Below, piece by piece: positions 1 through 10,063 of a DNA stretch of 64,000 bases. The translations under genes were made by a program, and so were the position numbers. Origin of the DNA: an uncultured delta proteobacterium. Lineage in GTDB: Bacteria; Desulfobacterota; Binatia; DP-6. Each line of letters opens with the position of its first letter. The first letter of the stretch is position 1. Location of the stretch: assembly GCA_963851365.1 (NCBI GenBank), contig CAWKPA010000003.1:64390-128389 (forward strand). The letters run 5' to 3'. The notes beneath the pieces are model-generated. The model had not been told where the DNA came from, did no database searches, and saw nothing but the letters and a program-made list of their open reading frames with translations.

Positions 1-1183
1 AGTCGTTGCACAGGAGCCCCGCCAGCAAACACTCCCGTGCGGCGACGTTGTCGGCCAGGGCGGGGCCCTGCCGGCTCACGCACTGGACCTCGCCGAGCGG
101 CTCGTAGCCGCTGCCGGACACCTCGTAGACCGCGTCTCCCGCCAGGATCTCTCTCACGGTCATCTGGTTGACGGTGAGCGTGCCGGTCTTGTCCGAACAG
201 ACGATCGTGGTGCTTCCCAGAGTCTCGACGGCGGGCAGCTTGCGGATGATGGCTCGACGGCGAGCCATCCGCGCGACGCCGATCGACAGCGTGATCGTGA
301 CCGCCGCCGGCAACCCTTCCGGAATCGCTCCGACCGCCAGGGCCACTGCCGCCATGAAGATATCGAACGCTCCTTGCCCGCGTAACCACCCGACGGCGAA
401 CGTCACGCTCGCCAGCCCCAGAATCACCACCAGGAGAAGACGGCTGAACTTCGCGATCTTGCGAGTCAGCGGCGTCTCAAGCACGTCGGCAGTGGAGATC
501 AACTTCGAGATGTGGCCCACCTCTGTGCTGGCGCCGGTCGCGAAGACCACGCCCCGCGCCTGACCGTAGGTCACGAGCGTGGAGGTGTAGGCCAGGTTAC
601 GGCGCTCCGCGAGCGAGACATCACCAGTCATGACGTCCACGTGTTTGCTCACCGGGACGGATTCACCAGTCAGAGCCGACTCGTCGACTTGGAGGTCGCG
701 GCAGCGAAAGAGGCGGAGGTCGGCCGGCACCTTGTCGCCCGACTGCAAGACGACGATGTCCCCCGGCACGAGTTCGGTGGAGGAGATCCGCCGCATCTGA
801 CCAGCTCGCAGGACGCTGGCTTCCGTGAGCGTCGTCTGGGCCAGCGCCGCCAGCGCTTTCGCGGCACTGGACTCCTGCAGGAACCCGATGACACCGTTCA
901 CGAGGACGACGCCAAAGATCACCCCCGAGTCGACCCACTCATGCAGAAACGCCGTGATCGCTGCCGCCGCCAGCAGGATGTACACCAACGGTGTGTGGAA
1001 CTGCAGCAAGAACCGTATCCACGGCCCGCGCGCTGTGGCAGCGGGAATGACATTGGGTCCGAATCGCGCCTGACGCGCCTGAAGCTCCAGGATGTCGAGC
1101 CCTTTTTCGGCGTCCGTTCCCAGCAACTGCAGGACTTCGGCCGCGGGGAGTTGGTGTAGGTTCTCTCTGACGAGCACGTCCAC
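1..1183 (-). CDS. P-type cation-transporting ATPase, P2-type (Ca2+/Mg2+-like), N-terminal ~394 aa; C-terminus lies beyond the window start
   Basis: Minus-strand translation gives a Cation_ATPase_N-like start (LDILELQARQARFGPNVIP), the TGES actuator motif (ALTGESVPV) and the phosphorylation motif CSDKTGTLT. A GTG start at about 1183 follows a GAGGA RBS. The ORF is open to position 1. Confidence 0.85.
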   Translation of the reverse strand, partial: MDVLVRENLHQLPAAEVLQLLGTDAEKGLDILELQARQARFGPNVIPAATARGPWIRFLLQFHTPLVYILLAAAAITAFLHEWVDSGVIFGVVLVNGVIGFLQESSAAKALAALAQTTLTEASVLRAGQMRRISSTELVPGDIVVLQSGDKVPADLRLFRCRDLQVDESALTGESVPVSKHVDVMTGDVSLAERRNLAYTSTLVTYGQARGVVFATGASTEVGHISKLISTADVLETPLTRKIAKFSRLLLVVILGLASVTFAVGWLRGQGAFDIFMAAVALAVGAIPEGLPAAVTITLSIGVARMARRRAIIRKLPAVETLGSTTIVCSDKTGTLTVNQMTVREILAGDAVYEVSGSGYEPLGEVQCVSRQGPALADNVAARECLLAGLLCND

Positions 1184-1395
1184 GGTTTGTCATCCTCGGA
1201 TTCGTCGGGAGTCGGTGACGGCAGTCGCCGCATGCGACACGCCACCGGCCTGTCGTCGGCACTCTTACATTGTGTGCCCCGCTTCCGGCTTCCTCCCGCG
1301 GCTTTCCTCCGTCCCACGCGGGCATGCGCAACTCCTGCGCCCCGGGGAGCCGGCGGAGGGCGAGAACGGCCGGCGCGGCGGCGCGTTCCTCATGC

Positions 1396-1644
1396 TCACC
1401 GTCCGTCGAAGACCTCGTCCGGCAAGCCGGTAGCGTACTCGACGTTGCGGAGGACGATACGGCTCGACGTGCGCTCTGGAACGACCTCCATCGTGATCTC
1501 GACCGGCGTAGGGTGGCCGGCGATGGACTCCACGCAATCGATCGTGCGAATCTTGTAGAGCATGCCGTTGGGCGCGAAGTGTTCGGTGCGCCGCGGTAGA
1601 AAATCCTGCTTGTCGAGGCACCGGATGACGCGACCGTACCACAC
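1396..1644 (-). pseudogene. C-terminal fragment of an unknown protein (possibly LolA-like outer-membrane lipoprotein-sorting family), N-terminus lost
   Basis: An 82-aa ORF ending in ...RNVEYATGLPDEVFDGR. It abuts the truncated IS256 transposase directly and has no upstream coding continuation. The family assignment is from memory of LolA_like C-termini and is weak. Confidence 0.3.
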
Positions 1645-1649
1645 TCAGC

Positions 1650-2294
1650 CGTGGCGCGCATGTGACCGGCGAGGATGGCGCGGGGTGGCTGGCCTTCGTG
1701 CGCGGCCTGGTCGCGCGGGGCCTCGCCGGCGTGCAGCTCGCGATCTCGGACGCACATCCGGGCTTGCGGGCGGCGCTTGGGGCGACGTTGCCCGGCGCCG
1801 CGTGGCAGCGGTGCCGCACCCATGCCATGCGCAACCTACTGACGAAGGTGCCGAAGAGCGCGCAGGGGCTGGTGGCGACGCTGGTGCGCACGATCTTCGC
1901 GCAGCCCGATGCCGAGCTCACGCGGGCGCAGCTTGCGCGCGTCGTCGAGCAACTCACGGCGCGCTGCCCCGACGCGGCCCACCTCTTGGCCGACGCCGTC
2001 GAGGACCTGCTGGCCTTCACGGCCTTCCCGAAAGAACACTGGCGGCAGATCTGGTCGAACAACCCGCAGGAGCGGCTCAACCGCGAGCTGAAGCGGCGGA
2101 CGGACGTCGTCGGCATTTTCCCGAACCGCGCTGCCGTTGTGCGGCTGGTCGGGGCGGTGCTGGCGGAGCAGCACAACGAGTGGGCGGTGGTGCGGCGCTA
2201 CCTGACCGTGGACGGGCTGCCCAAGCCGACGCCGGTGTCGCTGCCTGCGCCGGAGTCGCCGGAGGAGACGGTGAAGACCACGCGCGCCGCGTAG
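1650..2294 (+). pseudogene. IS256-family transposase, C-terminal ~210 aa only (N-terminal half missing)
   Basis: The translation ISDAHPGLRAALGATLPGAAWQRCRTHAMRNLLTKVPK...FPKEHWRQIWSNNPQERLNRELKRRTDVVGIFPN is the conserved C-terminal region of IS256/mutator-type transposases. Full-length proteins are about 400 aa. Confidence 0.8.
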
Positions 2295-2560
2295 CGATCA
2301 CCGGAGGGTGCCGCGAGGCGCCCGTACACCACTTGCGCGGACGTGGCCCCCCGGCTGCCTGTATCGTGCGATGGCCAGCGATCGGGCGCGGTAGAACTGG
2401 TCGAAAGGCATCCATGGCGGAGCACGATCGGGCTGTACTCCCTCCAGGACCGAACGGCCACATAGACGGTCTACGCCTCCACGATCATCTGCGAGTCTCT
2501 GGAGGAGCGGTTCCCCCCCCTGCTCGACCCCGTCATGGACGGGCATGTGCACGAGGCCGT

Positions 2561-3400
2561 TCAGATCGGCTCGCGGATCCGCTCCAGGCCCCGCGCGATG
2601 AGACCCACGTCCGCCGGATCGCTCCAGTGGCTGAACCCCGGACCAAGAAACCGGGGCAGTTTTGCCGCGACTCGCCACAGCAGCCCCGGAGACACGTACA
2701 GGTAGCGCCAGTGCTCGAGGCGTCTGCCGGCCATGATCGGCCGCTCAGGCTCCAGTAGCACCTCTTGAATCCCCCCCATCGCGCTGACGAGCACGCGGCA
2801 GGCCTTCGCCAAGGCACGCGCGTGCCGCAGACGATCGCGCAGGCCGGTACCATACAGATGCTCGTACACTTCGGAGGCGACCGATTGGTGCTCCATCTCC
2901 TCGAGGCAATGCCACTCCATGAGGCGTCTCACCTCGGGCACCATGCCCGCCAGCACCGCCGGGGACTCGAGCACCGTCTTCGCGATGGCATAGATCGCGT
3001 ACTCGCCGACGATCACGAACGTCAGCGCACCGCGCACATCGTCTTCGTCCGTCAACGTGCGTAGTCTCTCCTCGGCGAGTGCCGCGGCGCGCTCGACATC
3101 GTAACCGAGCGACGCAAGCCGCGCGTTGAGGCTGGCGTGGTGACGCGAGTGCAACGCTTCCTGCACCAGGAAAGACTCCACCTGCGCTCGCAGCGCAGGA
3201 TCCGTGACCTTCGGGCGGGCCTTCTTCATGGCACGGATCAGGAACCCCTCCGTCTTCGGTGCCAAAATCGAGAGCGCGTTCCAGAGATGGCTCGTGTACG
3301 GGTTGCCACCGCAGTGCAGCGCGGGGGTATCGTCGAACGAAAACTCGAGACCATGCCGTACGGGGATCCTGAAGGGCGTCTTTGCCGCCGCAGTCGTCAT
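2561..3400 (-). CDS. predicted metal-dependent hydrolase (COG3687 / PF10118-like)
   Basis: 279 aa with SHLWNALSILAPKTEGFLIRAM...VQEALHSRHH, the signature of this family. It overlaps the upstream TetR gene by 4 nt (ATGA). Confidence 0.6.
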   Translation of the reverse strand: MTTAAAKTPFRIPVRHGLEFSFDDTPALHCGGNPYTSHLWNALSILAPKTEGFLIRAMKKARPKVTDPALRAQVESFLVQEALHSRHHASLNARLASLGYDVERAAALAEERLRTLTDEDDVRGALTFVIVGEYAIYAIAKTVLESPAVLAGMVPEVRRLMEWHCLEEMEHQSVASEVYEHLYGTGLRDRLRHARALAKACRVLVSAMGGIQEVLLEPERPIMAGRRLEHWRYLYVSPGLLWRVAAKLPRFLGPGFSHWSDPADVGLIARGLERIREPI

Positions 3401-4023
3401 CGTCTGTTCTCCTTTCCGATCGCTGCGCTCCGACGCGTCTCGACCAGTAACGCCAGGGTCGAGCCGATCTCACCCAGCCGCCGGTCCAACCCGTCATCGT
3501 CTTGATCCAGGTGATGCTGCAGCGCCGCGCCTTGCAGAAGGCCGAGGGCCGTTTGTGCCAGCTGATCGACGTCGCGCACGGGACCCGACACCTCTTCGAT
3601 TGCGCGCGAAATGATCGCGCGGGACCGCTGCATGACTCGCTGGAGCGCCGCACGAATGGCGGGCACGGAGCCGGCACTGTCCAGCTGCAGCCGGATCAGC
3701 AGCCGGATCGGCGTGTGTGGGGTGAGGATGAGGGCCCGCCAACCGCGGAGCCCAGCTGCCAGCCGCTGTGGGAACGACGCCACCGGAGCGACGGCCGCTT
3801 CCAGCTCGTCAAGCCACGCGTCGACCATCGTCTCGACCACGGCCGCGATCAGCCCTTCCTTGTTCCCATAGTGGTAGTAGAGGGTTGGAGGCTGCACACC
3901 CGCCCGCCGGCAGATTTCGTTCACGGTGGCTCCCGCATAGCCGCCATGGGCGAGCAGCTCCGTAGCGGCCTCGAGGAGACGGGCTTTTCCCCCACTCTCG
4001 CTCGAAGTCTCCCTGCTGGGCAT
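3397..4023 (-). CDS. TetR family transcriptional regulator
   Basis: N-terminal HTH ARLLEAATELLAHGGYAGATVNEICRRAGVQPPTLYYHY. The in-frame ATG is at 4021-4023. It forms an operon with the downstream hydrolase. Confidence 0.8.
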   Translation of the reverse strand: MPSRETSSESGGKARLLEAATELLAHGGYAGATVNEICRRAGVQPPTLYYHYGNKEGLIAAVVETMVDAWLDELEAAVAPVASFPQRLAAGLRGWRALILTPHTPIRLLIRLQLDSAGSVPAIRAALQRVMQRSRAIISRAIEEVSGPVRDVDQLAQTALGLLQGAALQHHLDQDDDGLDRRLGEIGSTLALLVETRRSAAIGKENRR

Positions 4024-4453
4024 ATAGTGAGCACTACATACACTAAAGCGGCTTGTCAAAGGGCCCGCAGTTCCAAGCCGAGCGCGACGCGGGCGCGCAG
4101 TCTCGGCAGCCTCGGGATCCTGGTCATGGCGATTGCGCCGAGTCTGTTCGCGAGTCGGCTGATCCCGCGCTGGGTCAGCAACTCTTCCGCGATGGAATAC
4201 CCCACGGTGTAGGGGTTGAGCGTGTCGTCCTCCCCTTCGCCGTGCACGGCCCGCGCGACGTGACCTTCTCGAAGTCTGGTAGCTGCCAGCGCTCGTCGAA
4301 AAACGCCCCGGTCGGGCTGTACGATCGGCGGGACGCGCAACCGATACGTGTTGGCGCCGTTCAGCCAATTGCCAGCGCTGGCAACCCCGACGTGCGGCGC
4401 CGCCCGCTCCGGAACCACTGGGCACGGCCGTCGTTCTCGGCTATCGCCAATCG

Positions 4454-5389
4454 ATGCGCATTCCCTCCCCGTTCTTCGCCCTCCTGGGCGTCGTCCCCGC
4501 GCTCATGGCTTTACACCTCGCCCCGCCGGCCGCGCGCGCGGAGACCGTGCCGGCCGCTACCGGCGCACCGTCCCTCGACGAGCTGAAGAACGCCACGTTC
4601 AGAGGCTTCGACGAGCCTGCGGGGCCAGTCACCCTCTCCGGTGGTCGGTGGGAAGGGAAGCCGTACGTGCAGGGGGGCGCCTCGCTGCCCGTAGTGACGC
4701 TGGCGGACGACTTCCGGCTCGTCGGCGACCTGGACGGCGACGGCAGCGAGGAGGCGGTGGTGCTGCTGGCGCAGAGCAGCGGCGGCACCGGCGAGTTCAT
4801 CTATCTTGCCGCCGTCGATCGCAAGGACGGACAGCCGCACAACGTCGCCACCACGCTCCTCGGCGATCGCGTGGACGTGCGGGACGGCAAGATCGAGAAG
4901 GGGCGCATCACCCTCGACGTGGTACAGCCGGGCGACAGGGACGCCCGGTGCTGCCCCGGTGACCTCGTGACGCGGAGCTGGACGCTCGCGAGCGCCAAGC
5001 TGAAGGAAGGCACCCCGGCGCGCACCGGACGGCTGTCGCCCGACACCCTGGCCGGTACGGAATGGGTCCTGCGGCGTTGGGCCTGGAACGAGTCGGCCCC
5101 GGGCGAGCCAGGCATCACGCTGCGGTTCGCGGACGGCCGCTTCGCGGGTAGCGCGGGCTGCAACTCGTATACGGCGTCGGTGCAGGCCGGCAAGCAGCCA
5201 GGCGACATCTCCGTCGGACCGGCGGCCGCAACGCGCAAGATGTGCCCAGAGCCCGCCATGGGCATCGAGTCCCGCTTCCTGTCCGCGCTCGGGGCCGTCG
5301 AGCAGTTCTCGTTCCGCGACGGACGGCTGGTACTGACCTACCCCCCCGACGGCAAGACTCTGCTGTTCGACCGCGCGCCGGCCCGGTAG
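4454..5389 (+). CDS. secreted protein with C-terminal META/HslJ-like (DUF306) domain
   Basis: Signal peptide MRIPSPFFALLGVVPALMALHLAPPAARA. C-terminal AGSAGCNSYTASV...ATRKMCPEPAMGIESRFLSAL matches the META/HslJ domain. Confidence 0.6.
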   Translation: MRIPSPFFALLGVVPALMALHLAPPAARAETVPAATGAPSLDELKNATFRGFDEPAGPVTLSGGRWEGKPYVQGGASLPVVTLADDFRLVGDLDGDGSEEAVVLLAQSSGGTGEFIYLAAVDRKDGQPHNVATTLLGDRVDVRDGKIEKGRITLDVVQPGDRDARCCPGDLVTRSWTLASAKLKEGTPARTGRLSPDTLAGTEWVLRRWAWNESAPGEPGITLRFADGRFAGSAGCNSYTASVQAGKQPGDISVGPAAATRKMCPEPAMGIESRFLSALGAVEQFSFRDGRLVLTYPPDGKTLLFDRAPAR

Positions 5390-5512
5390 CCGCACCGCAA
5401 CCCTTCCGGGCTTGCCGCCCGTCCTCGCGATTGGGAGGGTCGCGAAAGCCACGAAGGCACCGGCCTCCGCGACACGCCGAAGAACTGGGCAAAGCTGGAG
5501 GCTCGAGCCACC

Positions 5513-6330
5513 GTGATGTCTCTGGAGATCGCCGAGGGAACCTTCGACTACATGCGGTGGTTCCCTGAGGGGAACAAGGCCGCCCTCTACCGACCACCGG
5601 AAGCAGCGCCAGCGCCCCGGATCCCCACGGTTTCAGAGTACGCGGAGCACACCTGGCTGCCGCGGAAGGTTCCCCCGACCGTGCGTGCGAGCCTCGCCGA
5701 CACCTACCGGTGGGCGCTTCGGCACATCCTGGGTGGCCGACGAAGGTCGATCCCGAGCCCGACCCCTTCACCGAGGAGGAGCAAGACCTGCTCATCGACT
5801 ATTTCACCAACCGGAACCAGCATTATCTGGCCCTCGTCGTGACGATGTTCCGCACCGGGCTCCGGACGGGGGAAGCATGCGGCCTGCGGTGGGGGGACAT
5901 CGACCTGCGCGGCAGGAAGTTGACCGTGCGTCGGTCCCGCACCATGGGCGAGGACAACCCGCCGAAGACCCGGAAGAGCCGTCGGACGATCACTCTGCTG
6001 GAGAACGTCGTCGCAATGCTCAGGCGCGTGCAGCCGCTCCATGCCGGCCCGGACACCTTCGTGTTCGCCACGCAGCAGGGCACCCCACTCGACGGGGAGC
6101 GATTCGTGGAGAAACACTGGAGGCGGGCGCTCCGCGCGACCGGCGTGCGACCCCGGAAGTTCTACGCCACCCGCCACACGTTCATTTCGCTGGCCCTCAC
6201 GTGGGGTTTGAACCTCAAGTGGCTGGCCGACTACTGCGGAACGTCGGTGGAGATGATCGAGCGCCACTACGGCCGGTTCATGAACGCCGACTCGGGGCAG
6301 CTCGCGATTCTGGCAGGTCGCGGCGGATCG
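5513..6330 (+). pseudogene. tyrosine recombinase / phage integrase remnant (N-terminally truncated, one frame shift, apparent internal deletion)
   Basis: Frame 2 carries the SAM-like N-domain (EYAEHTWLPRKVP...ADTYRWALRHILG). Frame 1 carries the catalytic domain (RTGEACGLRWGDIDL, KSRRTITL, HATRHTFISLALTWG...MIERHYGRF). About 80 aa between the two domains are absent. It reads toward the tRNA-Ser 3' repeat at 6468-6494. Confidence 0.7.
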
Positions 6331-6467
6331 GGAGGACCGAGCGGCGAGCGTCAACCAATGGCAGCGACGGCGGGGCGTTCAACCCGTCCGGCGCGCGATT
6401 CCGCGCTCAAGACCGGAACCTTTGCCGGAACCTTTCGGAAGCCGCGCGTAACCTCGCGATCTACCAA

Positions 6468-6494
6468 AGCGGAGGGGGGGAGATTCGAACTCCC
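6468..6494 (-). repeat. 27-bp direct repeat identical to the 3' end of tRNA-Ser (T-arm plus acceptor 3' strand), the distal att site of the island
   Basis: agcggagggggggagattcgaactccc is identical to 35242-35268. No matching acceptor 5' strand (cccctcc) lies upstream, so it is a fragment and not a second tRNA gene. Imperfect similarity continues about 30 bp further left. Confidence 0.8.
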
Positions 6495-6882
6495 TTATCA
6501 GAAGATGCCGAGACGCGCCGGAAACGCTGGAAACCGTTGTGCCGCATGGGTTTCTTGCATCGCGAAGCCATTGGCCGAAAGAGGCCGAAAGCGGCCATTC
6601 TTGACCTAGAAGAGTGCACAAAAGGTGCACAGCAGCGACCGGATACGTGGCTCGTACCCACCCGGAATGAGCTCATGCCGCCCAAGATGCAGGCTGAAAC
6701 GAAGGGCTCGCACAGTGGTCGTCGCCTTGTGCAGGACGTCCTCGGACGCGACGAACTACATGGGGCAGGTGAGCTAGTCGCCACGGCATCCTACATGACA
6801 CTCGCCCCGAAACGACCAGCAAAAGTAGTCGAGGCGCAGGCTGCAGTGCTGCCGCCTGTGCGGGGTTGATCGGGACGGAGCA

Positions 6883-7125
6883 GTGGGGTCGATGCGGTGT
6901 GGCGGGATGACCATCCTCGATGCGCTCGCCGACCCGGCGTTGTTCGCGCCGCACTTCCGGATGCCGACGTGGGCGCCGTGGCGGACCGCCTCATCGAAGT
7001 TCTTATCCGCCCTCCCACATGATCGCGCGCAAATCCGGCCGGTCCACCGCGACGACGAAGCGCGGAAGACCATCTGCCTCGACGTCGCGCCGGAGCAGAA
7101 CGACGGCCAGCCCTGTTTGCCTTGA
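6883..7125 (+). other. short ORF with a possible phage terminase-large-subunit-like N-terminal motif; degraded
   Basis: MTILDALADPALFAPHFRMPTWAPWRTASSKFLSAL resembles the N-terminal segment of the terminase at 33154 (VVCDPVRFARGLL...). Downstream frames are broken and there is no clear domain. Confidence 0.15.
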
Positions 7126-8289
7126 AATCCTTGTCTGCCTCGTTCCCCTTGCGGATGATCCCGATGGTCACGTCCTGTGGGCGCTGACGAACTCGATGGT
7201 GACTGGTTGGACGTTGATCAACCTGGCGGCATCCTCCGAACAGACCCGCAGCTCGGTGGAGTTCAGCGGAGAAGGATACCAACCGCGATAGGCTCGTTCG
7301 ACGAGATGGCGGGACTGCACGAGGTCGTTCCAGATGGCGGCGGGGATATGTACACAGGCGACGCCCCCCTCATCGGGACCTCCGCGTACCAGGGCATTTG
7401 CGGAATGATTGTAGACCGTATCGAGGCGGCCGCGGGATCACGCGACATCAGTCCGCCGGCGCCGACGTCTTGCGATCGCAGGAACTGACCGGCCACCAAG
7501 CGCACATTGCTCTGCACACCCCGATAGACGAGCATCTTTGTGCCGATGCAGGGCGGCGGTGGCGTCAGCAGCCAGATTGGTGGCGGGCTTTCGCTCGGCC
7601 GCAGCGGGCGTAAGGGCATGACGACCTCCGCGTCAGGATTTCGTCGCAGCCTAGCAAGCGAGAAGGCGTCCCCACAACTCATCCTCGTCATCCGGAGGAT
7701 TGTCAGCCACCTCGGGCTCCCCTGATGGCCGACGCATCCTCGTCGGAACACCCTGCCCGCCCCGCCCGCCCACGACTCGACGCAGCTCGCGGCGCACCTG
7801 CAATCGCTGCTCATGGACCTCGGGCTGGAACGCCGGGCGAAGCCGGTGCCCGACTTGCAGTCCTAGCTCGCGGCGAAGGGCACCGGCGGGGAGCCGATCT
7901 CGAGACCCGGGTCGTGCAGCGCACCGGCAGCATCGTCTTGGTCGCGCACTGGGAGCCCGGCGTGGTGGAGTTCGCCGTCTACGACGAGGCGGTCCAACCC
8001 GAGCGGGTCGAGCACTGCGGAGCGGGCATTGCGGACTGGCGGATCGACCCGCGCGCACCGGTGTTCCGTCGCTGGCAGTGATTTCTGGGATCGCGGAACC
8101 GCTCACCGACCGCGTGTATGAGCTCTCGCCGCGCCGCCCACTGATTGCACCTGGCCATCGCTGGCCTCCTCGGTCCCGCTGGTAGCGGATTCCGTGAGGC
8201 AACGGCCCGCGCTCGGTAACGAATCAGCTGCGGCAATGCGATGGAGAGATGTAATTGTCGCTCGGCGCCCCTCGCGCGACTGAGCTTCT

Positions 8290-8697
8290 CTACATGACGC
8301 GCTTGCAGTCGAAGGTGTCGCCAGACTCCAGCGAATGCCATGTCATGGTCTTAGCCCTCACATCGAAGAGCGAGAACGCGTACCCGTCCTCCAACGTGAT
8401 CCGAAAATCGGGGCCCTCTGGCCCGTCAGACTCCGACCGCTCAACCTTCTGAATTCGTATCGGGCCGCTATCGGTGCCGACCCGGTAGTGCGTGGTGCTG
8501 AACGTGAACTCAGACACCTCGCAATCCCACGTCCCGACGAAGGGGTACGCTTCGGCAACAGATATCGAAGCCACCTGTCTCACATTCGGGTCGGGGCGAG
8601 CAGGACCGGCAACACCCCCTCCGAGACATGCAACGAGCACGATAGCGCAGGCCATGGCGGACGCGCTTCCCGAGATATGCCATTGGCCCCTACGCAT
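8290..8697 (-). CDS. small lipoprotein, hypothetical
   Basis: MRRGQWHISGSASAMACAIVLVAC has a lipobox (LVAC). About 135 aa. It lies in a locally AT-richer patch. Confidence 0.45.
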   Translation of the reverse strand: MRRGQWHISGSASAMACAIVLVACLGGGVAGPARPDPNVRQVASISVAEAYPFVGTWDCEVSEFTFSTTHYRVGTDSGPIRIQKVERSESDGPEGPDFRITLEDGYAFSLFDVRAKTMTWHSLESGDTFDCKRVM

Positions 8698-9030
8698 TGC
8701 GGGCGCAGCGCGCAAAGGGCGGTCGTGGAGTATGGTTGCAGGAGCCGTCGAGGTGGCACCCAACTGCCCCGGAAATCGGACCTTTCAACCCGCCCGCCGG
8801 GGTCATGATTGCACGCCGAAGGGGGTCAAACTTCGCCGCCGATTCACAGTGATGCCAGCCGGAATCATGGGCGCCCCCTAGAACAACCCGTCGCGGACGG
8901 CAATCCGGCCCTCTGGTCTGCAGCAACCGGAGTCTGCGCGGAACAACGGAGCCGACCGGCCAGGTGGCGGATCGTGCAGCGAGAGAGCCGGGCCGCCCCC
9001 GGCTCCACTTCCGCCTCGCCGAACATCCTT

Positions 9031-10023
9031 CTAGACCAGAACTCGACAATCAGACGTGGGCCCGCCTAGGCTAGCGGGCGCAGCGGAAGCCGAAGTCGAC
9101 GAGCTGCGCACGACGGCTCGAAGAGCCGTAGACGACGAGCGGGCCGGCAACGGCCCGCCGTCGAAGAGGAAGTCGCCGCCGCGCAGCAGCGCACCGGGCT
9201 CCCCCGTCGTGGCCGCCCCCGCCAGGCACTGGTAGTCGCCCGTCGGGCTCACGCCGGCGCTCCACGTCCCGCACGCCGTCGAGCGCGGCACCCAGTCCGC
9301 CACCCACTCGTAGAGGTTCCCCACCATGTCGAACGCCCCGCGCGCCGACTTGCAGCTGCTGCGCGACCCGGTGGGGACCGCCGAAAGGCAGCTGCGCGTG
9401 TTGCAGTCCGTCGTGCCGTTGTCCGGCCCTGGGTCCGGCGTCCCGATCACCGCCGCCTGCCACTCCGCGTTCGACGGCAGCCGCTTGCGCGCGTTCTCGC
9501 ACGCCGCCTGCGCCTGGAACCAGGTGATGTACGCCGACGGCGTCACCCCCGGCAGGCTCACCGCGTAGATGTCGTCGGTGCAGTTCTGCCCGCTGTCGGC
9601 GCACGGCGCGTAGTCGTCGGTGAAGCCGATCCCGAGCTGCGTCGCGCCGCCCGCCACGAGATCAACGAGCGTCGCGGTGCCCCCCTGAACTTGCTGCACA
9701 AGCGTCGTGGCACCCGGCGGGATCCGCCACACGCTGGCTTCGTACTTGTCGATGCAGATGTCGCCGGATCGGACCGAGTCCGGTGGGCACGGGCGTTCCC
9801 ACTCCCATACCAACGGCCCCGGCTCCCCTGGGTCTCCCTTGTCGCCCTTTGGTCCTTGCAGACCGAGGGCCACGGGATCGAGCTGCGTTTCCGTTGGTCG
9901 GCACGCTTCGCGCAGCTTGATCGAGGTGTTGTAGGTGCCGTCGCTGCGGGGCTTGGCACAGAGCACCACCGCGTCGGCTGCGGATACGCCGAGCACGGCA
10001 GAGAGCAGCATCGTCGCCAACAA
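9031..10023 (-). CDS. secreted protein with collagen-like G-X-Y repeat and FGE-sulfatase (SUMF1-like / C-type-lectin-fold) domain
   Basis: Signal peptide MLATMLLSAVLGVSAADA. GPKGDKGDPGEPGP collagen triplets. C-terminal CENARKRLPSNAEWQAAV...FDMVGNLYEWVADW is the FGE-sulfatase domain signature. Confidence 0.65.
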   Translation of the reverse strand: MLATMLLSAVLGVSAADAVVLCAKPRSDGTYNTSIKLREACRPTETQLDPVALGLQGPKGDKGDPGEPGPLVWEWERPCPPDSVRSGDICIDKYEASVWRIPPGATTLVQQVQGGTATLVDLVAGGATQLGIGFTDDYAPCADSGQNCTDDIYAVSLPGVTPSAYITWFQAQAACENARKRLPSNAEWQAAVIGTPDPGPDNGTTDCNTRSCLSAVPTGSRSSCKSARGAFDMVGNLYEWVADWVPRSTACGTWSAGVSPTGDYQCLAGAATTGEPGALLRGGDFLFDGGPLPARSSSTALRAVVRSSSTSASAAPASLGGPTSDCRVLV

Positions 10024-10063
10024 GAGTTCATCGACGCCCCCCTATCTCTCGGCGTGAGGCCGG

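Noticed and set aside
512-3677. Long ORFs on both strands (for example 512-1159, 939-1823, 1265-2176, 1562-2758, 2745-3677) overlapping the P-type ATPase, IS256 fragment and hydrolase genes
   Set aside because: Arg/Ala/Pro/Gly-rich low-complexity translations typical of out-of-frame or antisense reading of 70% GC DNA. Each overlaps a gene with clear homology in another frame.
6468-6494. Second tRNA gene at the distal island end
   Set aside because: Only T-arm plus acceptor 3' strand are present. There is no complementary acceptor 5' strand, D-arm or anticodon arm. It is an att-site fragment.
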